A stretch of DNA of 64,000 nucleotides from Pedobacter sp. (GTDB lineage Bacteria; Desulfobacterota; Desulfuromonadia; Desulfuromonadales; Syntrophotaleaceae). The stretch covers positions 64,001 to 128,000 of the forward strand of contig JBFWJC010000003.1 of assembly GCA_050253415.1 (NCBI GenBank), given 5' to 3'. The translations under genes were made by a program, and so were the position numbers. The first letter of the stretch is position 1, and the number at the start of each line of letters is the position of its first letter. The notes beneath the pieces were generated by a model. It was not told the DNA's origin. It made no database searches and was given only the letters and a program-made list of their open reading frames with translations. Positions 40,638 through 49,375 of the stretch are shown here, piece by piece.

Positions 40638-41204
40638 CTACATCCCCAGCGTATGCTCCCAGAGGATCTTGAGTCCGATACCGATCAGGATCAATCCCCC
40701 GGCGATCTCTACTCGCTGCCCCCAGCGCGAACCGACGCGGCGTCCGAGCAGCATGCCGATGATCGTCATGATCCCTGCAATCAGGCCGATGATCAACGCC
40801 GGGAACCACACCGAAATACCGACAATCGCCAATGACAGGCCCACTGCCAGCGCATCGATGCTGGTCGCGATGGACAGCATCACCAGCGACATGCCGCGCG
40901 TCGGGTCATCCCGCGATTCGCGGCTTTCCTCATCCTGGAACGCCTCATGGATCATCTTACCGCCGACAAACGCCAGCAATCCGAAAGCCACCCAGTGATC
41001 GTAGGTTTCAATCCAGCGCTGTACGGTCAGACCGGCCAGCCAGCCGATAATAGGCATCAACGCCTGAAACAGGCCGAAGTGCCAACCGAGCCGAAACAGG
41101 TGGCGTCCGGTGAGGCGTTCAAGGGTCAACCCGCAGCCAAGAGCCACGGCAAAGGCATCCATGGCCAAAGCGAGGGCCAGACCGAAAAGGGTAATCATAT
41201 CCAT
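40638..41204 (-). CDS. mntP: Manganese efflux pump
   Basis: LAMDAFAVA, FGLFQALMP, ATSIDALAVG. Confidence 0.92.
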   Translation of the reverse strand: MDMITLFGLALALAMDAFAVALGCGLTLERLTGRHLFRLGWHFGLFQALMPIIGWLAGLTVQRWIETYDHWVAFGLLAFVGGKMIHEAFQDEESRESRDDPTRGMSLVMLSIATSIDALAVGLSLAIVGISVWFPALIIGLIAGIMTIIGMLLGRRVGSRWGQRVEIAGGLILIGIGLKILWEHTLGM

Positions 41205-41388
41205 AAAAAATATCCTCTAGTGTACGGCATGTTTGTGGTGACACGGGCGGTTTAGCAGTCTTCGCGAAAGATGTCAACCTGCATGGCAGTGCCAATATAA
41301 TGGGGCTTGTACTGCAACGCACTCCGTTATAACATTGGCCAGACTTTACCGGGTGGTTCCGGAATTAAATATTTGGAGAGGACATATC

Positions 41389-42171
41389 ATGAAATCGCTG
41401 CTTATTTTTATTGTTATGTTGTTTTGTGCTTCACCCTGTTGGGCCTTCCCCAAAGAAAGCTGCGGTGAGCAGCGCTGCATCGACTGTCATACTCTGACAA
41501 AGGAAGAAGCCAAATACCTGCTTGGCAAACAAGCCGACCAGGTGCTGAATATAGAGCCTTCCGAGGTGCAGGCCATGTGGGTGGTCGAGGTTGAAAAACA
41601 GGGTAAGCGTTTCCCTGTTTATGTCGATTTTACCAAGAGCTTCGTCATGCGTGGTGAGATCCTGCGCCTCAAGGACGGTGAGAATATCACCACCCAGCGC
41701 ATCGCCAGTCTCAATCGGGTCGATGTCGCCGCGATCCCTGTTGCCGACGCCCTGATCCTCGGCGATCCCAAAGCACCTAAAAAGGTTATCGTCTTTACCG
41801 ACCCGCAATGCAGTTATTGCAAAAAACTTCACGCCGAAATGAAAAAAGTGGTGAGGCTGGATCCGAGCATTGCCTTCTACATCAAGATGATGCCCCTCAA
41901 TATCCATCCCGAAGCCTACATGATCGCCAAGAGCATCGTCTGCAACCGTTCCCTGACCATGCTGGAAGAAAGCTTCGCTGATCGTCCCGTTCCGCCGCCG
42001 TTGTGCCGCGGTGAAGCCGTCGACCAGAATATCGCCCTGGCTCGCAAACTAGGATTTAATTCCACACCGACCCTGGTGATGCCCGACGGCCGGCCTTTCT
42101 CCGGCTTTCGCGATGCTGCGACGCTGCTCAAGATGCTCGATTCCAAGGTTAATATGTCTGATAAGGAGTAA
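41389..42171 (+). CDS. DsbC-family thiol:disulfide oxidoreductase with an N-terminal CxxCH
   Basis: Signal peptide, CIDCH, FTDPQCSYCKK, GFNSTPTLV. Confidence 0.85.
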   Translation: MKSLLIFIVMLFCASPCWAFPKESCGEQRCIDCHTLTKEEAKYLLGKQADQVLNIEPSEVQAMWVVEVEKQGKRFPVYVDFTKSFVMRGEILRLKDGENITTQRIASLNRVDVAAIPVADALILGDPKAPKKVIVFTDPQCSYCKKLHAEMKKVVRLDPSIAFYIKMMPLNIHPEAYMIAKSIVCNRSLTMLEESFADRPVPPPLCRGEAVDQNIALARKLGFNSTPTLVMPDGRPFSGFRDAATLLKMLDSKVNMSDKE

Positions 42172-42208
42172 GTCGGCAAGTAACGCCTGACCTTTTTATA
42201 GTTGATTG

Positions 42209-42258
42209 AAAAAGCCGCCCCTTGCGCAGAACTGTGCATGGGGCGGCTTTTTATTTTT
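42209..42258 (+). terminator. Intrinsic terminator
   Basis: AAAAGCCGCCCC..GGGGCGGCTTTTTATTTTT. Confidence 0.75.
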
Positions 42259-42550
42259 GGTGCGTGTAGCGTGGGGTTATTCAGGTCGTTTCATTATTAG
42301 AAGGTTTGACACCTGTTAATGTGAAGGTGTACAAAAATGAAGTTTTCAGAAGCGTTGTGAGCGGAAAGTCAGGTTTTTGATCGGGTTTTATGAAGGTGAA
42401 CAAGACGCTTAATAAGTGGAAAAATCATCGGGGTATTTTCCACTTTTACCCCTTTAATATCGTGATAGGTGGAAAATAGTCCATATATAATGAGTGATAT
42501 GACGGAAAATTTTCCACCTATCAACAATGTTAGGAAAACAAGGACATATT

Positions 42551-43000
42551 ATGTGCAAATTATTTGGCCTACTCTTTCTAGGTTTACTCCTATTTGGTTG
42601 TTCTGGAAATCCGACAGCAATAAGAGGTGGTGAAATAGCAAATAAAAACCTCCACAAACAAAGATCGCCAATACGAGTAATTGTAGAAGTTTTGGAAGGT
42701 GGAGTAGCTGTTATGAGGCCTGTTTGGGCCGGAGAAAAAGGTGCTAGCATCATAAACGTTGCTGATGACACTTTAAAAGCAGATATTTATAAATTATTTC
42801 AAGAAAAGTGCGGTTTTCAGAAAGCCGATCTTAAAGAGGTAAGGGTGGTTGAACATAAGCACCCTTTCTATTATGAGGTATGGGTTTTCAGTGACACGCA
42901 ATCAAAGAACGCTGACGGCACGACAGGGGTATCGCTAATTCTTAATTTTCCAGCCTCAGGAGGCACAGACATTAACTTAATTGGCAACTGTCGTTCCTAA
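42551..43000 (+). CDS. Hypothetical lipoprotein (gene cassette 1)
   Basis: AT-rich; lipobox LLFGC; bounded by GTTAGGAA (42529) and TTCCTAAC (42994). Confidence 0.7.
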   Translation: MCKLFGLLFLGLLLFGCSGNPTAIRGGEIANKNLHKQRSPIRVIVEVLEGGVAVMRPVWAGEKGASIINVADDTLKADIYKLFQEKCGFQKADLKEVRVVEHKHPFYYEVWVFSDTQSKNADGTTGVSLILNFPASGGTDINLIGNCRS

Positions 43001-43097
43001 CAAGCCACTCCACCGGATGGTACAAGGAGCGGCGGTTCTCGTTAAAGTCTTTGCTTCGCCAGTGGCACAGCGCCACCGGTGAGCTATATCGTTATGT
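42995..43097 (+). mobile_element. Integron attC site
   Basis: R'' TCCTAAC; L'' CTC(C)ACCGG(A)TGG pairs with L' CCACCGGTGAG leaving two extrahelical bases; R' GTTATGT. Confidence 0.85.
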
Positions 43098-43100
43098 TTC

Positions 43101-43170
43101 CAAGTTACCCACGAAAAGTGGACACCCTCATCAATGAGGTTACTCTAGATCGAGAGGTGTCAACATGGCC
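43101..43170 (+). mobile_element. Possible IS3-family left-end remnant
   Basis: AAGTTACCCACGAAAAGTGGACAC...GAGAGGTGTCAACATG resembles an IS3-type terminal repeat plus orfA start; no transposase follows. Confidence 0.4.
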
Positions 43171-43184
43171 AATAAGAGAAGCTT

Positions 43185-43261
43185 ACGAATGCACTCGGAC
43201 GGCAAAAGCCGCGCCGCTTCGCTCTGTGCCGTTTCCCAGCCGGTTATGCTGAGTGTCATGT
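43185..43261 (+). mobile_element. Degenerate attC site
   Basis: ATGCACTCGGACGGC...GCCGGTTATGC...GTCATGT; R'' is lost and R' is mutated. Confidence 0.5.
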
Positions 43262-43319
43262 GTTTTGTAACCCTTAAAGAAGCCATCTTTACGAAAACTT
43301 AATTGACGGAGGAAGAACG

Positions 43320-43784
43320 ATGAAGCAATCGAAAAACATTTTTTTGTTAAATGCCATTGTTTTAACCGGATTGATCCTGATGTTGCCGAAATTTTCGTAT
43401 GCGCACTGCCAGATTCCTTGTGGGATTTATAATGATTATGCCAGAGTTCAATCGATGCTCGAAGATGCCGCTACAATTGAAAAATCGATAAAATTAATCA
43501 ATGACTTGTCAGGCAAATCCGATGCCCAGTCAAAGAATCAATTGGTTCGCTGGGTAATGAATAAAGAAAAACATGCCCAAAATATTATCTCTACAATTAG
43601 TGATTATTTTTTAACCCAGAGAGTTAAACAGAATCAAAAAGACTATGCTGAACGCTTGATAAAACACCATGCGGTAATTGTTTCAGCAATGGAAGCCAAA
43701 CAAAATGCTGATATGAAATATGCTAAAGCCCTAAAGGATTGCATTGAGACTCTGTTACCTTACTATCCTGAGCAAAAGCACTAA
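43320..43784 (+). CDS. sodN: Nickel superoxide dismutase precursor (gene cassette)
   Basis: Signal-like leader ending FSYA, followed by the Ni-hook HCQIPCGIY; NQLVRWVMNKEKHA, YFLTQR. Confidence 0.92.
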   Translation: MKQSKNIFLLNAIVLTGLILMLPKFSYAHCQIPCGIYNDYARVQSMLEDAATIEKSIKLINDLSGKSDAQSKNQLVRWVMNKEKHAQNIISTISDYFLTQRVKQNQKDYAERLIKHHAVIVSAMEAKQNADMKYAKALKDCIETLLPYYPEQKH

Positions 43785-43791
43785 ACAGCAC

Positions 43792-43852
43792 GTATAACAA
43801 TTTGCTGCACGGGAGCGCAAAAAGCGCGCGCCCCGTGAGCAATGAGTTAGAT
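43792..43852 (+). mobile_element. Integron attC site (61 bp)
   Basis: R'' GTATAAC; TTGCT(G)CACGGG pairs with CCCGTGAGCAA; R' GTTAGAT. Confidence 0.9.
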
Positions 43853-43915
43853 TGCAGAATATAAAAATAGAAAGAATAAGGATCTTGGACTTTTCAGTAA
43901 ATGGGGGAGAAGACC

Positions 43916-44356
43916 ATGAATTTTCAAATGGATCATATTGTTATCAACACTGTTGATATTAGCAAGTCGCTTCATTTCTACACGAAAATTCTTGATTTGC
44001 CCGGCGAACGGATAGAAGAATTTAAAAACAATCAAGTTCCCTTCCCATCAGTTCGAATTACAAAAGACACCATCATCGACCTTTTCCCAAAAAAACTTTG
44101 GAAAACAACAAATCCTGAAAACGTTTGCCGCCCCAACCTCAATCATTTCTGCCTCTCTACGAGTAAAAATAATTGGGAATCGCTACAGGAAAAACTTAAA
44201 GAAAACCATATTTCTATTGACGATGGCCCATCTAAACGATGGGGCGCTCACGGTTCAGGTGTTTCTATCTATTTTCGTGACCCAGATGAAAACGTGATTG
44301 AAGTTCGTTATTACGAAAATGAGGAGGTTGACCAAGCTTGCATACTCAGTTCGTAG
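43916..44356 (+). CDS. VOC/glyoxalase family protein (gene cassette)
   Basis: DHIVI, NHFCL, WGAHG.G.SIYFRDPDENVIE. Confidence 0.88.
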   Translation: MNFQMDHIVINTVDISKSLHFYTKILDLPGERIEEFKNNQVPFPSVRITKDTIIDLFPKKLWKTTNPENVCRPNLNHFCLSTSKNNWESLQEKLKENHISIDDGPSKRWGAHGSGVSIYFRDPDENVIEVRYYENEEVDQACILSS

Positions 44357-44373
44357 AATTGTAAGGGAAGACA

Positions 44374-44490
44374 ATCAAACAAACTAATCAACCTGATGGA
44401 AAATACGTCTGTGCTAATTGGTAAAACAAAACCATATTGAGGTGGTGCACACAAGGACGCGTCGCCGTCGGTTATAATGAAACGTTAGAT
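44374..44490 (+). mobile_element. Integron attC site (117 bp)
   Basis: R'' ATCAAAC; L'' AT(C)AACC(T)GATGG pairs with L' CCGTCGGTTAT; R' GTTAGAT. Confidence 0.75.
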
Positions 44491-44496
44491 AGCAAA

Positions 44497-44883
44497 ATGA
44501 ATTTTACTAAAACAATTACAGCATATTTGATTCTGACAATTGGCTATCTTGTAATTGCAGTAAGCATTAACAAGCCGGTCGTCGATATCGCTGCGGCTGT
44601 TTTCGTCTCATGTTTTGCATTTCTTTTGGCCAAGCCCGACATTAAAGGAGTCGCTGTTTCCTTGTTTGTCTCAACGTACCTATTTGTAAATGTCATTCTC
44701 TACACAATTGTGAAAAGCCAAGGCATTAAAAATCCAATTCTATTTATTTATTCGGAAACCACCGCAACTGAACTTGTATTCGGGACCGTCCCATTCATTT
44801 CAGGGGTTACGTCCTATCTTGCTTGTCAATGGATATCTAACCAAAAGATGAAGTCGGACGAGGACCTTCCCCCGCTAAAATAG
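44497..44883 (+). CDS. Hypothetical membrane protein with about 4 TM segments (gene cassette)
   Basis: Starts 6 nt after R' GTTAGAT; hydrophobic segments; ATCTAAC (44835) near the 3' end. Confidence 0.65.
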   Translation: MNFTKTITAYLILTIGYLVIAVSINKPVVDIAAAVFVSCFAFLLAKPDIKGVAVSLFVSTYLFVNVILYTIVKSQGIKNPILFIYSETTATELVFGTVPFISGVTSYLACQWISNQKMKSDEDLPPLK

Positions 44884-44910
44884 ACACCTCAACCCAATCA
44901 GGAGGCGTAT

Positions 44911-45720
44911 ATGGCAAATCAACGACGGGCGCTTTTCCTTTCCCATGGGGGCGGCCCATTACCGCTTCTTGGGGACAAGTCTCATGAAGAAATGGTCCAG
45001 TGTCTGAAAGAAATTGAAGCGACCATTGAAAAACCGTCGGCCATTATCATAGTAAGTGCGCATTGGGAGGAAAGTAGCCCAACCATAACTTCGGGAGCCA
45101 ACCCGGAGCTGATATACGATTACTATGGATTTCCTCCGGAGGCTTACACGATTGAGTACCCTTGCCCGGGAGAACCGTCCCTGGCTGGCCAGATAGCCAA
45201 GCGGTTTGCGGAAGCAGGTATCGATGCCAGGCTCACCGGAGAGAGGGGATTCGACCACGGCCTGTTTGTACCGCTGAAAATCATGTACCCCGAGGCTGAT
45301 ATCCCGTGTGTGCAACTGTCGCTGCTCAAGAGTCTTGATCCTGCCGAACACGTCAAAATGGGGCAAGCCCTTCAATCCCTGGGTGATCAATCGTTACTCC
45401 TCATCGGGTCCGGGTTTTCCTTTCACAATATGAACGCCTTTTTTGCACCGGACACGGATGAAACCAGGGCCATGAATGAAGCATTCGAGAATTGGCTGCT
45501 TGAAACGTGTCAAAATCCGGATCTTGAGGAAGAAGAGAGGATGCAACGACTCGTACATTGGGCGTCCGCACCTTCCGCACGTTATTGTCACCCGAGAGAA
45601 GAGCACTTATTGCCGCTTCACGTCTGCTACGGATTTGCCGCATCGGCGTGCACGGAATCCTTTGAATTAAACATCCTGAACAAAAAGGCGAGCATGTACC
45701 TTTGGGAAATCGAAGGCTAA
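44911..45720 (+). CDS. DODA/LigB-type class III extradiol dioxygenase
   Basis: SHGGGP, SAHW, YDYYGFP, RGFDHG, GSGFSFHN, HPREEHLLPL. Confidence 0.9.
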   Translation: MANQRRALFLSHGGGPLPLLGDKSHEEMVQCLKEIEATIEKPSAIIIVSAHWEESSPTITSGANPELIYDYYGFPPEAYTIEYPCPGEPSLAGQIAKRFAEAGIDARLTGERGFDHGLFVPLKIMYPEADIPCVQLSLLKSLDPAEHVKMGQALQSLGDQSLLLIGSGFSFHNMNAFFAPDTDETRAMNEAFENWLLETCQNPDLEEEERMQRLVHWASAPSARYCHPREEHLLPLHVCYGFAASACTESFELNILNKKASMYLWEIEG

Positions 45721-45792
45721 CAAGCGACTGCAACGGATTGCAGCTCTTTCGAAAGTCTGCTGAGTTTGGCAGGAGTTGTTTTTCTGTTGGGC
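45715..45792 (+). mobile_element. Degenerate attC-like site
   Basis: GGCTAAC overlaps the stop codon; L''-like GACTGCAACGGA; eroded right half with a possible GTTGGGC. Confidence 0.45.
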
Positions 45793-46395
45793 CTAAATTC
45801 GGTTCGGCAACATGCTGCGCCGTATAGTGAATTGTCAAAAAGGGCGATGAAGCAAATGATGATTGCTGCGACAGCTATCTCAGCCTTGATAGGCATATCT
45901 GCCCTCTGAACGGCCCCCTCCGTATTGCGATCAAAGATAATATTGTGGTAGAGCCCTTGGGGGAAGACCACTTCGACTTATCGAAATCTCAACTTTTCTC
46001 TTTCACAATTACCTTCAAAAACTGCCTGCAGGACGATTTTTAGTGACAATCAGAAGTGTCGCTGATTTCAGCTGAAATCTTTTTCTCTGGCATAACTTCA
46101 TGCCGCAAAAAACAACGCCATATCAACACGCTCCGGTACAGAAGACACTGATAATTTTTGCTTTTTAAAGGCATGGTGGGCTTTTGGTTGAGGATACTCG
46201 TCTCCGTAGTTACCTCCAATCAGAGGCCGTAGGCGGGTCATGAAACAGCCGTTGGGTAAGGTTCACAACTTTCAATTTTTGAAAATGGTGGTCTTGCCCG
46301 ATGGCTGTTTTTTTTGAGCCGCTTCAATGTCCACAGGAGATGCAGCCAGCCTGGTTGACGGTCGGATGGTTGCACGGCCAATGATGATATCCACC

Positions 46396-46412
46396 TTGGC
46401 TTGAGTATTGCC
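46396..46412 (+). promoter_or_regulatory. Putative sigma54 promoter
   Basis: TTGGCTTGAGTATTGCC (TGGC-N7-TTGC), about 55 nt before the SDR start codon. Confidence 0.45.
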
Positions 46413-46468
46413 AGTATATCTATGGACGGGTATCACATTGAGACTTGCTTGCATACCGAGGAGACCAT

Positions 46469-47254
46469 ATGAGGCACTTTAGATTACAAGGCAGAACCGT
46501 AATTGTAACAGGGGCTGGTCGTGGTATTGGACATGGCATTGCCATCAGGCTTGCAAAAGACGGAGCCGACGTGGTTGTCAGCGATATCAATGCCGAAGAT
46601 GTCGACAGGGTCGTGAAGGAAGTTGAGGCCTGTGGGCGCAAGTCGCTGGGGATTGTTGCGGATGTGACCAAGCGTCAAGAAGTGTATGACATGGTGGATG
46701 AGGTTGTCGATGAGTTTGGACAACTTGACGCTATGGTGGCCAACGCCGGAATCGCACAGGTGAAATCAGCTCTTGAGCTGACGGACGAGGATTGGGACAA
46801 CATCTTTGCTGTGAACGTCAAAGGCGTATTTCTGTGCAATCAAGCTGCTGCAAAGCAGATGGTAGAGCAAAAAAGCGGAAAGATCATCAACTGCGCATGT
46901 ATTGCAGCACATACGGGCCTCGCTATGTTGTCGCATTACACCGCTACCAAATTTGCCGTGCGTGGATTTACTCAGGCATTAGCCAAAGAATTGAGGCCTT
47001 TTGGCGTTCAGGTAAATGCGTACTGCCCTGGCATCGTGGAAACGGCCATGTGGGATCTTATCAATCAGGAAATGGCGAAGGAGCCTGCACTTCCCAATGG
47101 TGAGACCCTGAAACAATATACCGAGCTTATCTCTGCCGGTCGCGCTGTGACGGCCGATGACGTAGCGGCCTTTGTTGCCTACCTGGTTTCGGAGGATTCC
47201 GACTATATGACGGGACAGTCCGTAATGATCGATGGCGGGCTTATCATGAATTGA
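46469..47254 (+). CDS. SDR, acetoin reductase / 2,3-butanediol dehydrogenase-like
   Basis: TGAGRGIG, NAGIAQ, YTATKFAVRG, VNAYCPGIV.T.MW, DYMTGQS. Confidence 0.82.
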   Translation: MRHFRLQGRTVIVTGAGRGIGHGIAIRLAKDGADVVVSDINAEDVDRVVKEVEACGRKSLGIVADVTKRQEVYDMVDEVVDEFGQLDAMVANAGIAQVKSALELTDEDWDNIFAVNVKGVFLCNQAAAKQMVEQKSGKIINCACIAAHTGLAMLSHYTATKFAVRGFTQALAKELRPFGVQVNAYCPGIVETAMWDLINQEMAKEPALPNGETLKQYTELISAGRAVTADDVAAFVAYLVSEDSDYMTGQSVMIDGGLIMN

Positions 47255-47406
47255 TAGATTCAGTTCAGATATTGAGGGCGGGCCAAGTCAGTTTGGCCTT
47301 TTTTCAGGCAGTAACAAGGCAAAAGATAGTATGGATGAACGAATTCCGGAGATATGACGGGTTTGCCTGCCAAACCCGACCAGACACCAACTAAGGAGAA
47401 CATGCA

Positions 47407-48150
47407 GTGAGTTACGATATTACTAACAAGACGATCTTCATTACCGGAGCCAATCGCGGTATTGGCAAAGCTATCGTAGAGGAATTCATAAAACAGGGAG
47501 TTGCCAAGGTCTATGCTGCGGTGCGCAAGGTAGAGAGTGTTGCTCCATTGGTTGCCTTATATGGAGACAAGGTCGTTCCTGTCAAGGTCGATGTGGCGGA
47601 TGAAGAGTCGATCATCAAAGCGGCCAACGCAGCGCAAGACGTTGATGTCGTGGTCAACAATGCCGGTGTTTTAAGTATGTCATCGGTATTCGACGATAAT
47701 GCGATGGAGGCGTTGGCTTTTGAGTTGGATATCAACCTTTTTGGCCTGATGCGCGTCGCGCGTGCCTTTTCTCCGGTTCTGAAAGCCAACGGTGGTGGAG
47801 CTTTTGTGCAACTCAATTCCGTGGGATCTTTGAAAACAGTGCCGAATATCGCTACTTACTGTACTTCCAAGGCCGCTTCATATGCGATCACTCAAGCATT
47901 GAGAGAGGCCTTCGCCGAGCAGGGGACCCATGTTGTCAGCGTCCATGCGGGGCCGATCGATACGGAAATGCTCAATGACACCGGATACGGAGAGATCGCA
48001 GAACCGCCTTCACTGGTTGCTAACGGCATCATTAAGGCATTGAAGAATGGCGAGTTTCATCTTTTCCCCGATTCATTGGCCAGGCAGGTCGGCTCCGTTT
48101 ATGAAGGATTTGCGAAGAATGTTATTCTGGCCTCGGTGACAGAGGGCTGA
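47407..48150 (+). CDS. Short-chain dehydrogenase/reductase
   Basis: TGANRGIG, VNNAG, YCTSK. Confidence 0.9.
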   Translation: MSYDITNKTIFITGANRGIGKAIVEEFIKQGVAKVYAAVRKVESVAPLVALYGDKVVPVKVDVADEESIIKAANAAQDVDVVVNNAGVLSMSSVFDDNAMEALAFELDINLFGLMRVARAFSPVLKANGGGAFVQLNSVGSLKTVPNIATYCTSKAASYAITQALREAFAEQGTHVVSVHAGPIDTEMLNDTGYGEIAEPPSLVANGIIKALKNGEFHLFPDSLARQVGSVYEGFAKNVILASVTEG

Positions 48151-48304
48151 TTCCTGTCTTATACGTCTTTAGAGATGGATAGCAAGGGGGCTGGGCAAGG
48201 ATATTGTTCAGGCCCCTTTGTGGTCTGGCTGACCAAGTCTCATCGATATGTCAGCGCTGGCCTGCAGGGCATTCCTTGCCGTTTGTCGTCTATGATCCCG
48301 GCGG

Positions 48305-48360
48305 CCCACTCCCCACTCCCCACTAACAACTGACAACTGACAACTGACAACTGACAAGTG
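48305..48360. repeat. In-phase heptamer array (CCCACT(C/A) x3, ACAA(C/G)TG x5)
   Basis: Eight consecutive 7-nt units. Confidence 0.85.
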
Positions 48361-48502
48361 ATAATCCCTATACCATTAGAATTCTTGACGAATTGATACA
48401 CTTGGCGTTACCTTGACTCGGCTTTATGGGAGTAGGTTAGCCTTTGAGTTTTGATCTTTTGATGGATGGAGTGATTGTTCGAGGGATGATCAAATAGTTT
48501 GA

Positions 48503-48543
48503 TAAAACCGCTCGGCGCTGGTGAAGTGTGAGCGGTTTTTTTG
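48503..48543 (+). terminator. Intrinsic terminator
   Basis: AAAACCGCTC...GAGCGGTTTTTTT. Confidence 0.6.
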
Positions 48544-48637
48544 TATCTGGGCCCTGGCTGGCATCGGATCGTAAGCTGATTGCGTCATTTAAGGTTGTTT
48601 GGCTTGTTCGAATGGAATGAAATGGGTGGGATGCAAA

Positions 48638-49375
48638 ATGTCAATCAAAGTTATCGGTGCCGGATTTGGTAGGACAGGTACGGCTTCACTGCGCACTGCA
48701 CTTGAAAAACTCGGATTTAACAAGTGTTATCATATGCACGAAATATTAGTCGAGCAATCAAGAGCCAAGTCCTGGTATAAGGCAAGCCAAGGAAAAGACG
48801 TAAATTGGGATCGTGTGTTTGAGGGTTACCAGGCGATGCTGGACTGGCCAGGTTGTAGTTTTTATAAGCAACTGGTGGAAAAATATCCGGAAGCCATGGT
48901 GATATTAACCGTAAGAGACCCTGACGAATGGTATACAAGCGTATCTAAAACCGTTTATCCTTTATCAAATTCCTTTTCAAGGTGGCACGCCTGGTTTTCT
49001 CCCACAGCCCGTATGATGAAAGGCATGCTGTTCAGGGTTATCTGGGAAGGGACCTTTCATGGAAAGTTTGAAGATAAAGAATATGCCAAAACGATATTTA
49101 AACGGCATATAGATGAGGTTAAAAGCACGGTTTCTAGAGAAAAACTATTGATCTATAAGGTAACCGAAGGATGGAAACCACTGTGCGAATTTTTAAAAGT
49201 AGACGTGCCGGAAGAACCTTTTCCAAGAATTAATGGACTGGAAGAATTCCATCTAAAAGGAAATGAAATACTTTCATTGTTTTCAAGTCTTTATAGTCGC
49301 GAATTAGGGACTAAAGTTCTCCTTTTTGTTTTAATCCTATCGTTTCTCTGGTTCGGCGGCAGAATCTGTGGGTAA
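48638..49375 (+). CDS. Sulfotransferase-like P-loop protein with a C-terminal TM helix
   Basis: VIGAGFGRTGT.SL..AL, CYHM, DWP, ILTVRD, GW.PLC.FL...P.EPFP..N. Confidence 0.85.
   Translation: MSIKVIGAGFGRTGTASLRTALEKLGFNKCYHMHEILVEQSRAKSWYKASQGKDVNWDRVFEGYQAMLDWPGCSFYKQLVEKYPEAMVILTVRDPDEWYTSVSKTVYPLSNSFSRWHAWFSPTARMMKGMLFRVIWEGTFHGKFEDKEYAKTIFKRHIDEVKSTVSREKLLIYKVTEGWKPLCEFLKVDVPEEPFPRINGLEEFHLKGNEILSLFSSLYSRELGTKVLLFVLILSFLWFGGRICG

Noticed and set aside
41205..41340. yybP-ykoY manganese riboswitch upstream of mntP
   Set aside because: The leader is short and I cannot see the conserved motif.
42172..42528. Integron integrase upstream of the cassettes (ORF 42454..42771, minus strand)
   Set aside because: Too short, no tyrosine-recombinase motifs, and mostly antisense to cassette 1.
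39220..48360. Short tandem repeats as a possible CRISPR array
   Set aside because: Units are 7-9 nt with no unique spacers, and no cas genes are present.
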